A DNA stretch of 63,992 bases, the filler included, from Choristocarpus tenellus KU-1152 (taxonomy: Eukaryota > Protista > Phaeophyceae), in NCBI GenBank assembly GCA_964200185.2. It is 9 parts of 9 records of this genome, joined end to end, with 100 filler letters (N's around TTAATTAATTAA, not from the genome) between each part and the next. Parts side by side here need not be neighbours in the genome. Positions count along the whole stretch, not along the records: positions 32,121 to 39,316 come from CAXNAD020006555.1; positions 39,417 to 45,217 come from CAXNAD020009720.1; positions 45,318 to 51,852 come from CAXNAD020007914.1; positions 51,953 to 61,335 come from CAXNAD020003726.1; 5 more parts are not named here. One strand, 5' to 3'. The position numbers were made by a program, and so were the translations under genes. Positions 38,314-52,044 of this stretch are shown here, one piece after another. Under the pieces are notes generated by a model. The model made no database searches. It saw nothing but the letters and a program-made list of their open reading frames with translations, and was not told the DNA's origin. Position 1 is the stretch's first letter. Every line of letters starts with the position of its first letter.

Positions 38314-39576
38314 TGTGCTATTGATGATGTGGGGAGTACGGCAGGGATTTGTGGGTAGAGTGATATGTTTGAGAGGGTATATGGTGGAGTGTAGGGGTAT
38401 GTGGCCGATTTGAAGGTGACCAGATGCACCATCATTTTGCCACGCAATGCAGAACTGTGCTGGTGCAGGAAAGTCTGAGGGGGTTGGTATTGTATCATGG
38501 ATGTCTTCAAAGAAGAGTTTCTTTATATATATCTTTGTTATTACATAATTAATCAGGTACCACGTAGAACAATATATTCTTGTTCTTTTTGTTTTGTACC
38601 ACATAGTGTATTGTACTTTCCGGATTATATGGTATCAATCATATATCACATTCATCATCAAACATTACCTCGTAACCTAACATACAAGAACACCCATAAA
38701 ATTTTCATAACAAAAGAAAAATATTGAAAGATTGAAGAAATAGAGTAGTAAAATAGAAGTTTATCTCCATGAAAAAATCTAGAAAGAACCTCTTGTTGAA
38801 AGTGATCTATCCTTCTGTAAAAAGTGTGTTGATGTACATCACAACTTTTCAAGACTTGTGTTGGCAGAATATCCAAGAAATGCAATTAAATAAAAGTACT
38901 GCTTTTGTGATATTTTAAAAAGCGTGTGAATACAACATTAAATGATGGAAAATATGATGGAGGAGAGCAAAATTCTCAGAACAATCAAGAGATAGATTTA
39001 GTCCAACTCTTTACATGGTTACGCATATCGGGTAAACTGGGAGGTACGAACGAACTTGATCCGATATATACAGTGGAAAGTTTTGCAACCAAGCGGAATG
39101 CTTTCTGGATGAGCTGGCTACTCACATGGTAGGGGGGAGAGGAGGGGGAGGATACTGCCGGAAAGGAGTAGTTAAATCCAGGCTACGTCCAATTGTTTCG
39201 GTGACTACGCAAGTGGACGTGTGACGCGCTTTAAACTAGAGTCACAAGGGAGATGGGCACTGAGGGGTCTGTTGGATTCTTGGGATGCCTCCCTAGCTCC
39301 CCCTCCCGGGGCACAGNNNNNNNNNNNNNNNNNNNNNNNNNNNNNNNNNNNNNNNNNNNNTTAATTAATTAANNNNNNNNNNNNNNNNNNNNNNNNNNNN
39401 NNNNNNNNNNNNNNNNTAACAACCACGCATGGGCTTGATGTCCCTCCCCCACCCCCCCACCCCCCCACCCCCCCATCCCCCCACACACACGTTGAACGTT
39501 TTTTCTTCAGTGACGAAGGAGGAGGATGGGGGGGAAGGATTAGGAGGAGTGCCATAGCACAGTATAGGGCACTTAC

Positions 39577-42500
39577 CGTCTAGGAGCAGGCGACCAAGGA
39601 ATGCCGGGCAGTCAGGTCGGTCTGGGTCGTACCAAATGCACTCTTGGTACCAGTGTTTTGCTTCCTCAGCATTGCCGGTGAAGTATTGATGACCATAGGC
39701 GAGCCAGCGTATGCATGACCAGACAAGCTGGAAAAGAGAGCAAGAGGGATTACAACAATTCCGTCCTTGTGAGGGTAGGAGCAGGGGATGTTGAATCACG
39801 AATTAGGCCAGTTTTCTGCATGTTATTGTACATTGTTCTTACTGATTTAAGTTGCTTCCCATTGGTGCATATAATGTGTTTGTGTGTGTGTGTTGCTCAT
39901 TATGTTATGTTTTTATACTCTGAGTTGTATTAAGGTTAGGGTGAACAATGACCACAGCAAGGATGCGTACAATGTTACTGTTTGAAGTAGCAAGGATGTC
40001 AAAGAAAAACAATACAGTACCGCCATTTTAATGCTGAAGGTGATGTAAGTGCCACGGTGAAATAAGACACAGTGGTGTTATTGTTTCTACAACAAGAGAT
40101 GTAATCCCCATCAAACAGGGCTGCTCAACTAGCAAAACCACTTCCTACTATGCCACCAAAAAAAGAGCACTGTAGCGGTCAAGGGCACAATTAAATTTTT
40201 CAAATTGACTTCGCATCGCAAAAGGAACTGTTCTTGGAAGTCGCCCACAAAGAAATTACACGGTATAGCTATCCGTAGATGTAACCGAATGTCCTAACAA
40301 TACTGACCTGTACTACGGCAAACATTCATAAAACTATTTCCCATTGAAAAATTCGTAATGCCGGAGCACAATCCAGTGCTTATCATCAAGAGCAACGACC
40401 AGTCCCCTTGAAGCGCCTGCTGTTCCCCAAGAACTTTCTCCCGGAAAAAAAAAAAGTTCTTCTTCTCAAAGAAGAATGTACAGGAAATATGAGTATTTTC
40501 CTCTTTAATGCATATCTGACACAATGTGTAGCCTTTCAGAAACAAAATGAGTTTCGTTCCTGTAGAGGAGCGATACATTGCTCTCCTCACACAGCTAGTC
40601 AAGCTGGTGTAGCTTCACCCCAGGCATTAACTGTGTCCATCGGACGCACACCCTGTTTCCATGATATGCTGAATTCTTCTTTTCAAAGGTTGAAGCACCT
40701 ATATATATATATATATATATACTATGGAGTATGCCTATGATGAAATAGTAGCATGTGGAGTTACTCTTCCACAGCATGTTTCCTACGGCAGTGAAGAGGA
40801 TCATGGCGTGTCTCAACCTCGTTGCCCTTGACGTTGCTGTAGAGGTTAACGGCCCTCTGAAAATAGAACATGCCATCCCGAACAAGCTTGTCCATCTCTG
40901 GAGTGATATGATGAGTTCCCTTGCCGACCTTTGTCTCCAGGAATGAGTACGTGGTGATGCCTGGCGAGGGAGGAAAAAAGTACTATCATTTGACGGTAGA
41001 ACAGAGGGTGTACCGAGATTTGGATGGGTGGACGACCAGTGACAGCTAACGAAGACGACTATTTTTTCAAAATGGGCTATTTTATGTTTTCACCTGTCAC
41101 TTCGTATCAGGGATAGTTGGCACTAGTATGTTGTACTAGTGCCTTCTTACAAAATGACTACTCCTCTAGCAGTCAGTGTAGTAGGTGGTAAGTGGACCAA
41201 CCTATCTATCTACGAAGTCTTGAGTTGATCGGTCAACATACTGTACTTGCAGTCCACCCTGGAATAACATCATCATGTTATTTGAAATACAATATATATT
41301 ATTTACTGTGTCTAGTACTCAGTGCTCAGTGCTCCATATTGTGTAGGTTATAGTTCGAAGTATATTTTCTAAGACATTATCAAGAAAAAAAAAGAGATTG
41401 GGGGTGTGTGCGCGTTGCAGTTTGAGAGAAAAAGCTATGAGTGACATATCCGACTAAAATATGGGTGGTTCCTTGACTGACCGAGGTAGAAGAGGGTGTG
41501 CAGGTCGTTTGGGTCGTCCGTGTAGTCCAAATTTAGCAGATCAAGGTCAAATAAGAAGCGCTGTTTACATGAGTATGGTGGCAATGGCGGTAGGGACAAG
41601 AAAAAATATTTGGGAAGTGGAAGGAGAACACAGTAATTAGGGGTTAGCATTGGGACAACCCGATACAGGATTTGGAGGGGCAGGCCTATACTTCTTGGGC
41701 AGTCACTAAGTGTTCACTGAGTTTTGTGATAAAGCCTTCCACTTACGATTTATTGTGTCAAAGTACCAACCCGTTTTCTTGTTTGTTACATGTGTATCAG
41801 TAGTGACAAAACAGTAGTGACAAAAGCAATCGAATTGGTCCTATAGATACAATGCCCATCATCATGGATGCCAGGTAATATCTTAGAGTCGCCCTCCACC
41901 ACAAGGTCTTCTGCTTCGTTCTCACCTCAGCAGTTCGACTGTGGCCGTGCAAATTTGTGTGCCAGCTGTAGTTTCCTTCCACTTCATGCACCTCCCAACC
42001 AATTTTCTTGGATGGAAGCAATCCCTTCGCATTAGCGCTGTCGATAACCTCATGAATCCTGCAGAGGTTAACAAATTGTCCAGTGAGAGCCGTCGAGATA
42101 CTTCCTGTTCAATCCTTGACCTAAATTCGCTACCTTCTACTTCGGTATATGGCAGAGTACCGTACAAGTATGAGTCTACCAACACCCCGCTTGAATACCT
42201 GTACTTGAACCCTAGTCCTTCTTCATTTCGCATCAACCACGATGATGTACGTGTAGTGTGGCCGCTGCGATCCCAGATCAGGAACTGGAACGAGCGATGC
42301 ACCAGGTCGAGTTGAGAGAGGTCCACGGTATCGAGGTTCGGGCGCCAGTCTGCATCAGCCACAAGGAGGTGGGTAGCGTGGGGAAAAGTGTTCCTGGTCG
42401 CACGTAACACTTCATTCCTCGCCTGCCCGAACCCCTCGAAGTTGTAGAGAAATATGAACCTATTGCGTAGAATTAAAATGTTTGAGGTTGGTTAATCGAA

Positions 42501-43039
42501 CTTAAGAACTGGAAATCATAGGAAGTGCAATCAACGATATATTCACAGAGCGACCCACCTCGACTGAACTCATCGATCATAGTTGACACAGACCTCCTGT
42601 GCAACATTAGTTTGTATCGTAAACAAACCGACTTCCTTCATCTCGGGAAATAATTCATCCACAAGATCACCACTTGCCTGGACTTGTTTGCAGGAAGGAC
42701 GGCGTTCACAACCTGAATCGTGTCGTCCTTGGTGCGATCGTCCACGCCGACGACATAGCAATCAATGATATCTCTCCAGAGGGGAAGATTGAGCCGTAAG
42801 TTCACTTCTTCATCTCGCACAATCATCAGCATGCAAAGGATGTACTCATTCTCTGTTTGACCGCCCCTGTCCTGCACCCTGTGTATCAATGATGGGTCAG
42901 CATTGACGTAGGGTTCACCATTGATACCACTTGCCCCTAGAACTCGATGTGACCAGATGACCTTGAGCAAAAGAAGCGTTAGTGATAACCATTGCAAAAT
43001 TGCCCACCAGCAGGCGAGAGTTCGCTGTAGCTGGACCAT
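39577..43039 (-). CDS. Membrane-anchored family-2 glycosyltransferase with C-terminal TPR-like helices, 3'-partial
   Basis: Exons 43039-42678, 42459-42199, 42058-41926, 41560-41482, 40960-40818, 39727-39577, all in phase. N-terminal hydrophobic anchor; motifs LCMLMIVRDEE, VGVDDRTKDDT, FGQARN, DxD (LVADADW), YRIHE, DPNDLHTLFYLG, AEEAKHWYQECIWYDPDR. Confidence 0.85.
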
Positions 43040-43306
43040 GGAACCTTACCCTTGTACTTGGTGTGTTTTAAAACTGGATATCGTATCTTTCAAACATTCA
43101 GGATTGGATAGGGTTTTGGTCAGCTCTGTAGCGCCACAGGACTCACACCATTTTACATTGTTAGTACTGATGATACATAGTGATCCACACAACAAGAGTG
43201 GCAATTACTCCCACAATCTCCACTACACTCACAACAGGTCTCTCTCCATCCCCCAACGTGCCCAGTCGAGGCACCTGCAGCCCCTGTTGAGGTGCCGAAT
43301 CTAGCA
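43040..43306. promoter_or_regulatory. Putative bidirectional promoter between the GT2 gene and ATP23
   Basis: Divergent ATGs only 267 bp apart on the same contig. Confidence 0.5.
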
Positions 43307-44388
43307 ATGACGACTGTATCTGACAGGGAGACGGTGTCCTCAAAGGCATCCGAGGCGCACAATAATTGTCTCAAAATGATGGACAAGAGCTTGAGAAGAT
43401 GTAAGATGGAATCATCGTTCAGCGTCACGCACGAAAGGCCATGGAAGAACCTTTCTCATCTCTGATTCCTGTTGTACGATCTATTCCGTTCATTACGAAG
43501 GTCCCAAGGTGAAATTCATGATAGAGCGTCTGGAGAAGTTAGGGTGTCCTCTTCCACAAGATTTTATCCATTGCAAACCATGTGAGGGACTGGAGGCGTC
43601 AGGAGGGTGGGAGTATGGGGCGGGACCTGAAGGGGCATCCAAGCCAAAGGTGAGTGAATGTGCCGTCTTCAATGCAGCACCTCGCTCGGGTAACAAATGT
43701 GGTGTGTGAGTCTATCCATTTCGCTGGTCCTTTACTCGCATGGGTTGCCCTAAGCAACACTGACAACTCTCCTTGTACGTAGGTCCCGTAACCACTATGA
43801 AGGGATTGCAAAGGGATTTCATGTCTATTTACACCTTGATACTCCTCTCCTATTGCCAGTTCTCCCTTGCAGCGATTGAAACTCAATTGCACCTGGACTG
43901 CAGGTGGTTCTCTGTGAGGACAAGGCCATGATGACTCAGTGGATGGTGGATCACACCCTTGCGCACGAGCTCATCCACGCCTATGATCAGTGCCGAGTTA
44001 AGGTGGACTGGAATGACTGCCTTCATCATGCCTGCAGCGAGGTGCCCCGAACTATCCATGCAATGGAATCTATCATTGATGGTGATGATGTTGCGACTCA
44101 CCCCCTTAAGTGATGCATATCCCTAGAGATCTTTTCTCGACCCAATAGCTGAAAGCTCTTAGTTATATTGAAATGTGTTGCTCCAAAAGATTCGAGCTAC
44201 GTGTGCTACCCTTTCTTCTGCCTGGATGATGATGAATGTCTCCTTTTTGGAATCTAATGAGCTTACAGTATCACACTGCATGTGGATGTGGATTTGTTGT
44301 CCAGATTCGAGCTTCCAACACCAGCGGGGAATGTTCTTACGCCATGGAATTCCGGCGGGGGCATTGGGACTGGGGTGGTCAACAGAAG
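43307..44388 (+). CDS. ATP23: Mitochondrial inner-membrane metalloprotease ATP23 (peptidase M76), 3'-partial
   Basis: Exons 43307-43400, 43501-43649, 43904-44041, 44305-44388; [56 protein letters not shown] (HEXXH). Confidence 0.93.
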
Positions 44389-45317
44389 GTAGGCAACAAT
44401 GGACTTGTGAGAAGAAGTGGCAAGCAGACTAATGTCAGTATATCTCGTCAAGAATAGTACACCATACAGTGTGTAACCTGTGATCCCCTAGTTCTTGCAA
44501 TGTCTATGCCCTTTTTAGAGGGTAAGCATTTGTTCATGTGTTCATTTTTGGCAGGGTGGAAGGAGTTCCTAGTTGATTGCAGGGGAGAATTTTGACACGT
44601 CACTTGTCAGTACCTACCTACCTTTGACCATGTCTGTGTTCCATTGACATCAGAGGGTCTGTATTAACAAGAAGATTGCCCATTCATAGCGGTGTCTTTT
44701 AGATGGGTGAGAGTGTATGGCACTATACAACACCAACCAACGGTCTCCAGTACAGGACACCATGAAGAAAACCTTCAAAACATTTGTCTTTTTGTGCCCT
44801 TATGACACTTGGTGTTCACTGCAGGTGCAGTCCCTCTTCAATCCCAGTAATCTTGAGGTCTGCGACTAGGAATTGAAGAGATAGTTTTTGGAGCTAGATC
44901 CAATCTCACTGTACCCACCAAGAGTTTTTGTCTACGCGAGGATAATTTTCTTACCAAACTGGATACTACTCTAGCACAGTAGCAATAATGGTTTTAAGTA
45001 ATACTGTCCCTGCACATATTGATTGCAACAAGCATATATATATATATATATTTATACTGCTGATGTGGGTGCTGTGACATGTACCTGACCTCACTTTTCC
45101 ATACGTCAGTCCATCTATGTCTCCTTTGAAATGTGTGATCTCCAACCAGATTTCTGCTCCCCTCTCCTTCACCCACCCCCACCCCCCCACCCCCCCCCAC
45201 TACACATCAGCAGCACCNNNNNNNNNNNNNNNNNNNNNNNNNNNNNNNNNNNNNNNNNNNNTTAATTAATTAANNNNNNNNNNNNNNNNNNNNNNNNNNN
45301 NNNNNNNNNNNNNNNNN

Positions 45318-45586
45318 TGCATGATAGGGAGAGGGAGACACGAGAAATGGCACTCCTCAGTCCTCTCAGGGGTGCCTTTGCTGGCGTCCCCAAGCCAGAG
45401 GCCAGGGCTATTGCAGCAGGCCGGTGCACAGCACCAGATGCAGAGGGAGAAGGAATGCCTGAACCTCCAAGGCCAAAGCGAGGACATAGTGGTGGTGGGA
45501 AGGGTCAGAAAAAGCGAGTTCTTCCTAAGATGGGGATAGATCTTAAGTCACCCCTATTGCTGAGATTGGCACAGTGTGGCCGATGA
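45318..45586 (+). CDS. Possible terminal exon of an unidentified gene
   Basis: Open GC-rich frame from the contig edge (HDRERETREMALLSPLRGAF...LAQCGR*), then AT-richer UTR-like sequence. Confidence 0.3.
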
Positions 45587-47765
45587 AGGCAGCGTAGCAG
45601 AGGATGTGATGTTGTCTTGGTCAATCTATTTTGTGTTTCTACTGGCTGGTGTATGGAAACAAGATTGCAAGTTTTAGAATTGGTTCAGGCTAGATTCATT
45701 AATTGGGGGGGCAGGGGCGAGCAGATGAGTGGAGCCAAGGTAGTAACATGATTTGGTGAAGATTTAGAAAGGATAAAGAGTAGTGCATGAACTGGGGGTC
45801 GTTTGCACTACAATTACTTTGAAGTAGGATACACTATTGATGTTACTACCCCAGATTATTTTAATATTGATGAGACTTAGTTTGTGTTAAATAATCTAAC
45901 ACTGTGGCGTAATCGTAGGTGTTAAGATCAATGCATCATCGTTTCTGTGTGTCGATTCAACAATTCTGTTTATTGGAGAGTGCAAAGTTGGTGACCAAGA
46001 TCAACACATAGGTCGATTCTCATGAGGATAGTCATTGAATGTTACACAAAGTATAGGCATTGAAGTTTTGGTATTTGGAGAATTGGTTGGTATATAATGT
46101 GTTGGGATTGCTCCAAGGGGTATAACTCCATACATGGCAGATTGGTAGACCTTCTAACTTTGCTGTGACACAGGTTGTAAACTGTTCACAAAGGAACTTG
46201 AGATCGGATAAGTGGGCATGCTCAGTAATCAGGGTGACAATAGTTCCTCTGGATTTTCTAAGCTTCTCTCTTTAGACAAGATAACCCAAGGGCATGAAGA
46301 ACAGTAGGTATCACGTGGTTGGTCTTCTGGAAGCTGTATCGTTGTTTGACCCTATACTGGGTAACAGTTGCCTTTGATACCTCTTGTGAGATGCTTCACA
46401 AAATCACACATCTGTGTTTTGTGCGCAATATAAATAATCTCATACTTGAACCCTGAACCAAGAACAGCGTACATAATGCAACACTATTCAGGCGAGATCA
46501 AATCGTGTGAGGACATTGTTGTGAATTTGAAGGCAAAGCTTCTTGGCTCTATCATCTGCCATTTGCACCATTCAGTGCTGTTTTTTTTCCCATTTTTGCA
46601 TTGGTTGGTGACCTAGGGGTTCTCGTAGTGCTAGCCTTTGACCTATGTAAAAAGAGTAAGTGGAGTAGCCGGGACCATGGTTAAAGGGCAATGGATGAGA
46701 ACATGTATACTTCGACCACTTGGGATCAAGAAAAGGTTGTGTAGCCCAGGAATAGTTCAATTCCGTACCAGTGAATAAAAAGAGATTTTCCCTAAGGTCT
46801 GCGTTTCCTTCTGCTGGTGTAATGTACAATATTGACGTCCCTGCCTACCCACTTGTTCATTTGTGTCACTGTTAGTGCTTTTTTGAGTGCACGACAAATG
46901 AAGACAGAAATTATATAAATATGTATACATGCCCTCAGGTGCGCCATCACTTCGTAGCTCTGATGCTCCTTTACCATGGATTCTTCATGTTCCACACAGT
47001 TAATACCCATGCCTGATACTGGACACAGCCCTCCCTCATCGGTACATGTGTGTGTGTATGTGTATTCCCTGTCTACACCCCTGTGGTAGCAATGAATGCA
47101 TTCAGTGCTAGTAGTAGTGAATGTGGACACCTTACAATTTCACCCCTGAAATGCATACACTTGTGCTCTAAAATAGCATAAGAGCAGAAACTGGGTACCT
47201 TACAAATGCAACATGGTACGAAGGAACGGTGTAGTACTTGCACCATGTTTCTAGTAGGGTCGAAAAAGAAAAATATCTGCTCAAAGCACCTCTACTTTCA
47301 TAGTGAGCATCCCTTCAATCCTTGAGAAGCGTTTTTGAATCAAACCGGAGAAGTACTAGTGCTTAGATAGTAGTAGTAGTAGTAGTAGTAGTAGTGGCAG
47401 TAGCAATAGCAGTAGTAGTAGTAGTTATAGTCTACATTTGTACTACAGGTGGAATATTTTGACACTGCCTGATGCATTTGCTACTCTAAACATATATAAT
47501 GAGATGCTCAATATGGGTCAGACAAGGAACAGGTCAAGATTTCGTGTTCTCTGTGCCAACGGGAAATATCGATCAACAGTTACATTACAGGTACACTTAA
47601 TTGTGCCCTGGCAGAGGTAAACACCAGGATTGTTGCTGAGCAAAAAAGAAACAGCAAGTGTGATACTACTCATCAATAAGCATGACCACCATGTATGTGA
47701 TGAACAGACCAAGGTAGAAGACTCGACCCAATCGAGTGATACTTGCCCAAATGAAACAAGCTCTA

Positions 47766-50700
47766 TTAACGGGTTCCAACCACTGCCGTTGTTGGTCTGT
47801 CAGCCAGGTTTGCAGTTATCCCCTCCGCACAAGGGTCGGGTGCTGCATGCATCCACCTGCTGCGTACCCTTACTTGCCTTTCATCAATGCATAGCACATC
47901 CTGTTCTTCTTCTCCACAATACAATATGTTCTCCTTTTCACGGCGAACAACACATGGGTCGTTCGTAAATAGTATGGGTTGGCCTGCATACTCTTCAGGT
48001 AGAGGTGGTGCTCTTCGTAAAGATCCCATAAACAGGAGAGCTCCATCAAGCATTACAGAGAATCCTCGAACCCCCCGCTTAGGTGTCTTGCGATAATTCC
48101 ACAGGCGAACCAGGGACAGTGTTACCGGCTTGTCCAGTAGGATATACAGCTCATTCTCCAGCGTACCACACAAAGCTGCCTGTTGCAAGGGCTGGATTGT
48201 ACAGGAAACCAAAAATGGGGATCAGGATCTTTCATAGGTTAGGCCTTTTGTCTATTCTCATTTGGGAAATTGGTGCTGGGAGGCACACCTCTGTGTAGAT
48301 AGTAGATAGCTGCAAAGAACTATCCCTAAGGTAGCAGGAGTAGCAGGCATACACAGAGTAACACGTATTGACTTAATAAGAGAGCATGTGATAAATCGGT
48401 ACCTACTATATTGTAAGAGAAGCAGGCCAGCAGTTGCAGAGATTCTAAGATCTCCACAATTTCTTACAGAAGGCTGTACACACCTGGTCTGTTCGATGTT
48501 TCATTGATAGTACCTTTTTGCTAATCCTATAAATAATCTTATGAGAGTTTGATTTCAGATTTAAGAAGCAGAAATCTTCGCTCGGCATATGCTTGACATC
48601 AGCATTACCTCCAAGGATGCTGTGAGTGGTGTCAACCATGCGTTCTGTGCATCCCCCCGACCATGAAGGCCATCCACGACATTTGTGGACACGCGCACAT
48701 CTTCTTCTTGGCCGATGACCCTCAGGGAATCCGGCACACCAAATACCTGCGATGTGTGCAGTCAGTAATATGTTGATTGTGTCTTGTTGAATAATAGGCT
48801 CCATCACGCTCTGCTGCATTTGCACTACATTCTCACACTCTGAAGCAATATAGATTTGATGGTTCTGTTCACTTTATTGGTGCTGTTTTTCATTCATAAG
48901 ATGATTAGGGGATCAGAGTGGAGAGTTAGGTCGGAATGTGAGTACCTAAAAGTAAGAGAGATTGGCCAGACAGACGTTATGATTCAAACTGGCAAAATAC
49001 TGGTCTGCCGCTGATGGAACATACTGGATGGCTACCGTAGATAACTGGGCATGCTTAGTTCTGTCCACGTATATACCTGGTCTCCACGAATATTAACCTC
49101 TTGACCATCCACTCCCACAAGCTGAATGCCATCTAGGCCCACATAATAAGCATCTCCCCAGGAGGAATGGATCACGATTCGTAACAGTAGCCCACTGGGC
49201 CAGAGAAGAGTTTCAAAATCTTGCCTCAGAGGAGGGCTCACATACGTTATACTGCCACCATGGTCCCCGCTACCTTGATTGCCAATAAGCTTATCCCCAC
49301 CCTGCAGGCCCCACTCTTCTTCCTGTGGAAGGCTGCAGGTCGTTCATTTGCGGCCACAGGTCATTAGTATTGGTCTGGGTGATATAGTAGCATTAAGACA
49401 CTAGCAATGGACCTCTGGACAGGCGAGGGGGCTAGAGAAATGAGGGCTTTCCCATATCGAAATCACCATAGCATACCTCAGAAAGTCTAACTACATACAA
49501 TAATACTATGCACTAGCATATTTTATGATAGCACAGACCACCATTCCAATCCCCCTATTCAACCAATAGGGACTAGACTTCATCTTTGTGGCAGCCTTCC
49601 GCTAGGTGACCCTTAAGAAGCTACAAACTGTCAAAAACATCCACAATGTGTAGTATCACGAGGAATATGGACATAGTTGTTTTTGTGTGTATCTAGAGTG
49701 GAGAGTATGTTCAACTGATGTTCACCTGAAGTTCTTTTTACCAAGGAGGATGGTCTGACCAAAGTCGAAAATTGAGAATTCTGGAGCTCGGCGCAGCACA
49801 AATGTCCCGTGGCAAAAGCTATCCAAGAAAATGACGACCCCCTTAACTCCACAACCAGTGTCCTCCGTGGCCCTGTTGTAGTTCCAAAAACGGACCGCAG
49901 AGACTGCTTGCTTCTCCCCAAGATCAAATGTGAGTGAGTGGTCACATCCAGGTCTGATGAGTAGGGCACCCAACCAGTGAAATAGTGAGTAGTTGACCTC
50001 CGAGATTGTGAGGACATTAATAATTTGGTGACGTACATAGTTCCAAACAGGCCCACCAGTGGTGCAAGGACAGCAATGCACAAAATCTTTTATCTATCGG
50101 CAGCTCAACACATTTCAACAAAAAGTCCAGAAGAGTCAAAGTATCTTAGAGGGTAGGGCCGCGTCCATTTGGGGGTTTATATACAATGTTGCGATTTTGA
50201 TGTAATTTTGGCTATTGTGTTTGTTAGGAAGTGTCAATTTCCTTGTTGCGAACACACCTTTTCATAAGATATACATCTTACCTACTCCGAACATTTTCGA
50301 GTGGGAAAATTTCATGAAAAAGACATGGGAAGCCAAGCCCCAAATGGACAAACAGCACAAAACTCGTTCCCTCTAAGATACTTTCACTAGAACACAAAGC
50401 ACTTTGTACCATAATCCTTGGTGTAAAATATGTTCCTGAACAAATTGGCCACAAAAAGCAGAACCTCCTAGTACTGTACAATGCTTCCCCCTTCACTTGA
50501 GATCTACCTTTTGCCGGTTGAATTAACATACAGCACACACACCTAAAAGACATCAAGAAGCCATCAGATGCCAAATAGTCCCCCTTGAAAAGGTTATTGG
50601 GTGTTCTGTGCTTAGTATTAGCACTAGTGGTAGACACCTCTGGGTGGGACACATGTACACATATGGGAGGAATACTCACTGTGTGCCCTGGTGGGCCTTG

Positions 50701-51144
50701 GAGCACCTTAACACCTGGTTTGGGGAAACAAAAGGCATTCATTGCACGCCTTACACTTCAGTGCCGAAAGTGATTTAAAATTGATACAATAGTACAACCT
50801 CTGTTCAGAAAAAAAACAGACTGGGGCGACGATTGACACACAAATAATAAAAAATTTACAAAAGGGCTGCTCAGACCTGTCAGACCACAGAATTCCGTGT
50901 TGCCCCATGTGCTAATAATTTTGACAGTTATTCGCTGTGCTCGAAGCGCAGCACCTGAAGAAACCTCTGTTGCTGCACTCGAACAGTCTATTTGTGAATC
51001 CTTGCTGATTTCAGAATCACACAATGCCAAGGACACCTTCTCTTTCGAGCTGTCAGCTTGTATGATGCCCTCATTAATAGTGTGCTGGGGTAGGGTGGTT
51101 AGTACTGGAGGCACCTCCTCAACTAGAGGGACATAAGACATCAA
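47766..51144 (-). CDS. KATNIP: Katanin-interacting protein KATNIP/KIAA0556 (DUF4457 repeats), 5'-partial
   Basis: Exons including ~51144-50875, ~49990-49726, 49332-49077, 48746-48609 and 48179-47766. Repeated motifs ISTWGNTEFCGLTG, VRFWNYN..GVK, LRRAP..FDFGQTI, HSSWGDAYYVGLDGIQL, VRLWNYRKTPKRGVR. Confidence 0.88.
50133..50388 (+). mobile_element. MITE family B, full copy in a KATNIP intron
   Basis: GAGTCAAAGTATCTTAGAGGGTA...ccctctaagatactttcact; AGAA on both flanks. Confidence 0.9.
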
Positions 51145-51759
51145 AAGTTCGTGAGGATGGACCAGTGGGGTAGACTGTATGGCATGGAATCAGAAGTCTC
51201 CACAACAGAGCTCTAGGGGCTGGCCCTGTTGAGTAACGATGATTTTATAAGTCTCTTCCCGTGTCAGACTTGTAGTTTAGTCAACTGTGAAAAAAACAGA
51301 GTGTCCAATCTTACCTTCAAAATTTTTCTTCATAGCATCAACTCGGAAATGCTCAAGGGCCTCATTTGGCGCAGGTAGATTTACCTAATACAGAGGGTAA
51401 GCACATTGTGGTAAATCACAGTCAGGGGTTAGTCCATAGTGGAATCGAATCTTGATACTGGCTATCGGCCATGTCCACCCTGTACTGGAGTATTATTATC
51501 CCCACTCTTCAATGCAAAAGAACAGCAAGTTGTGCCTGATCCCTGTCAGTGTTGTACATCAGTTTGTTTCAATTGAAACAAAATTGATACATCAAACGAT
51601 AAATGATATTATACAAGCTTGGCACCACTGCCTAGAAATTGGAAATTACTAAAGATGTTCAAACTAGAGAAATATCAGCAACATAACTGAGGTATAGTGG
51701 GCATGGTACGAAAACAAGTCTTAACTCATAGCCTACGCTACATGTAGACATTCACCAAT

Positions 51760-52044
51760 GGCTCAAAATATCTGGGGGGGGGGGGGGGGGGGGGGGGGGT
51801 CAAATTGGTGTTTTTTTTTTTTTTTTAGAAGGGGAAAACACACACTGCACCCNNNNNNNNNNNNNNNNNNNNNNNNNNNNNNNNNNNNNNNNNNNNTTAA
51901 TTAATTAANNNNNNNNNNNNNNNNNNNNNNNNNNNNNNNNNNNNNNNNNNNNGTCTGATTTGAAATGTCAGCAAAAAAAAATGTTTGACCGAAACGGACG
52001 CCCCCTCACAAACCACCCCCCCCCCCTCCAGATACTTTGACCCC
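51760..52044. mobile_element. MITE family A ends on both sides of a spacer
   Basis: ggctcaaaatatct(g)n before the gap; (c)n-agatactttgaccc after it; the two ends may belong to different copies. Confidence 0.7.
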
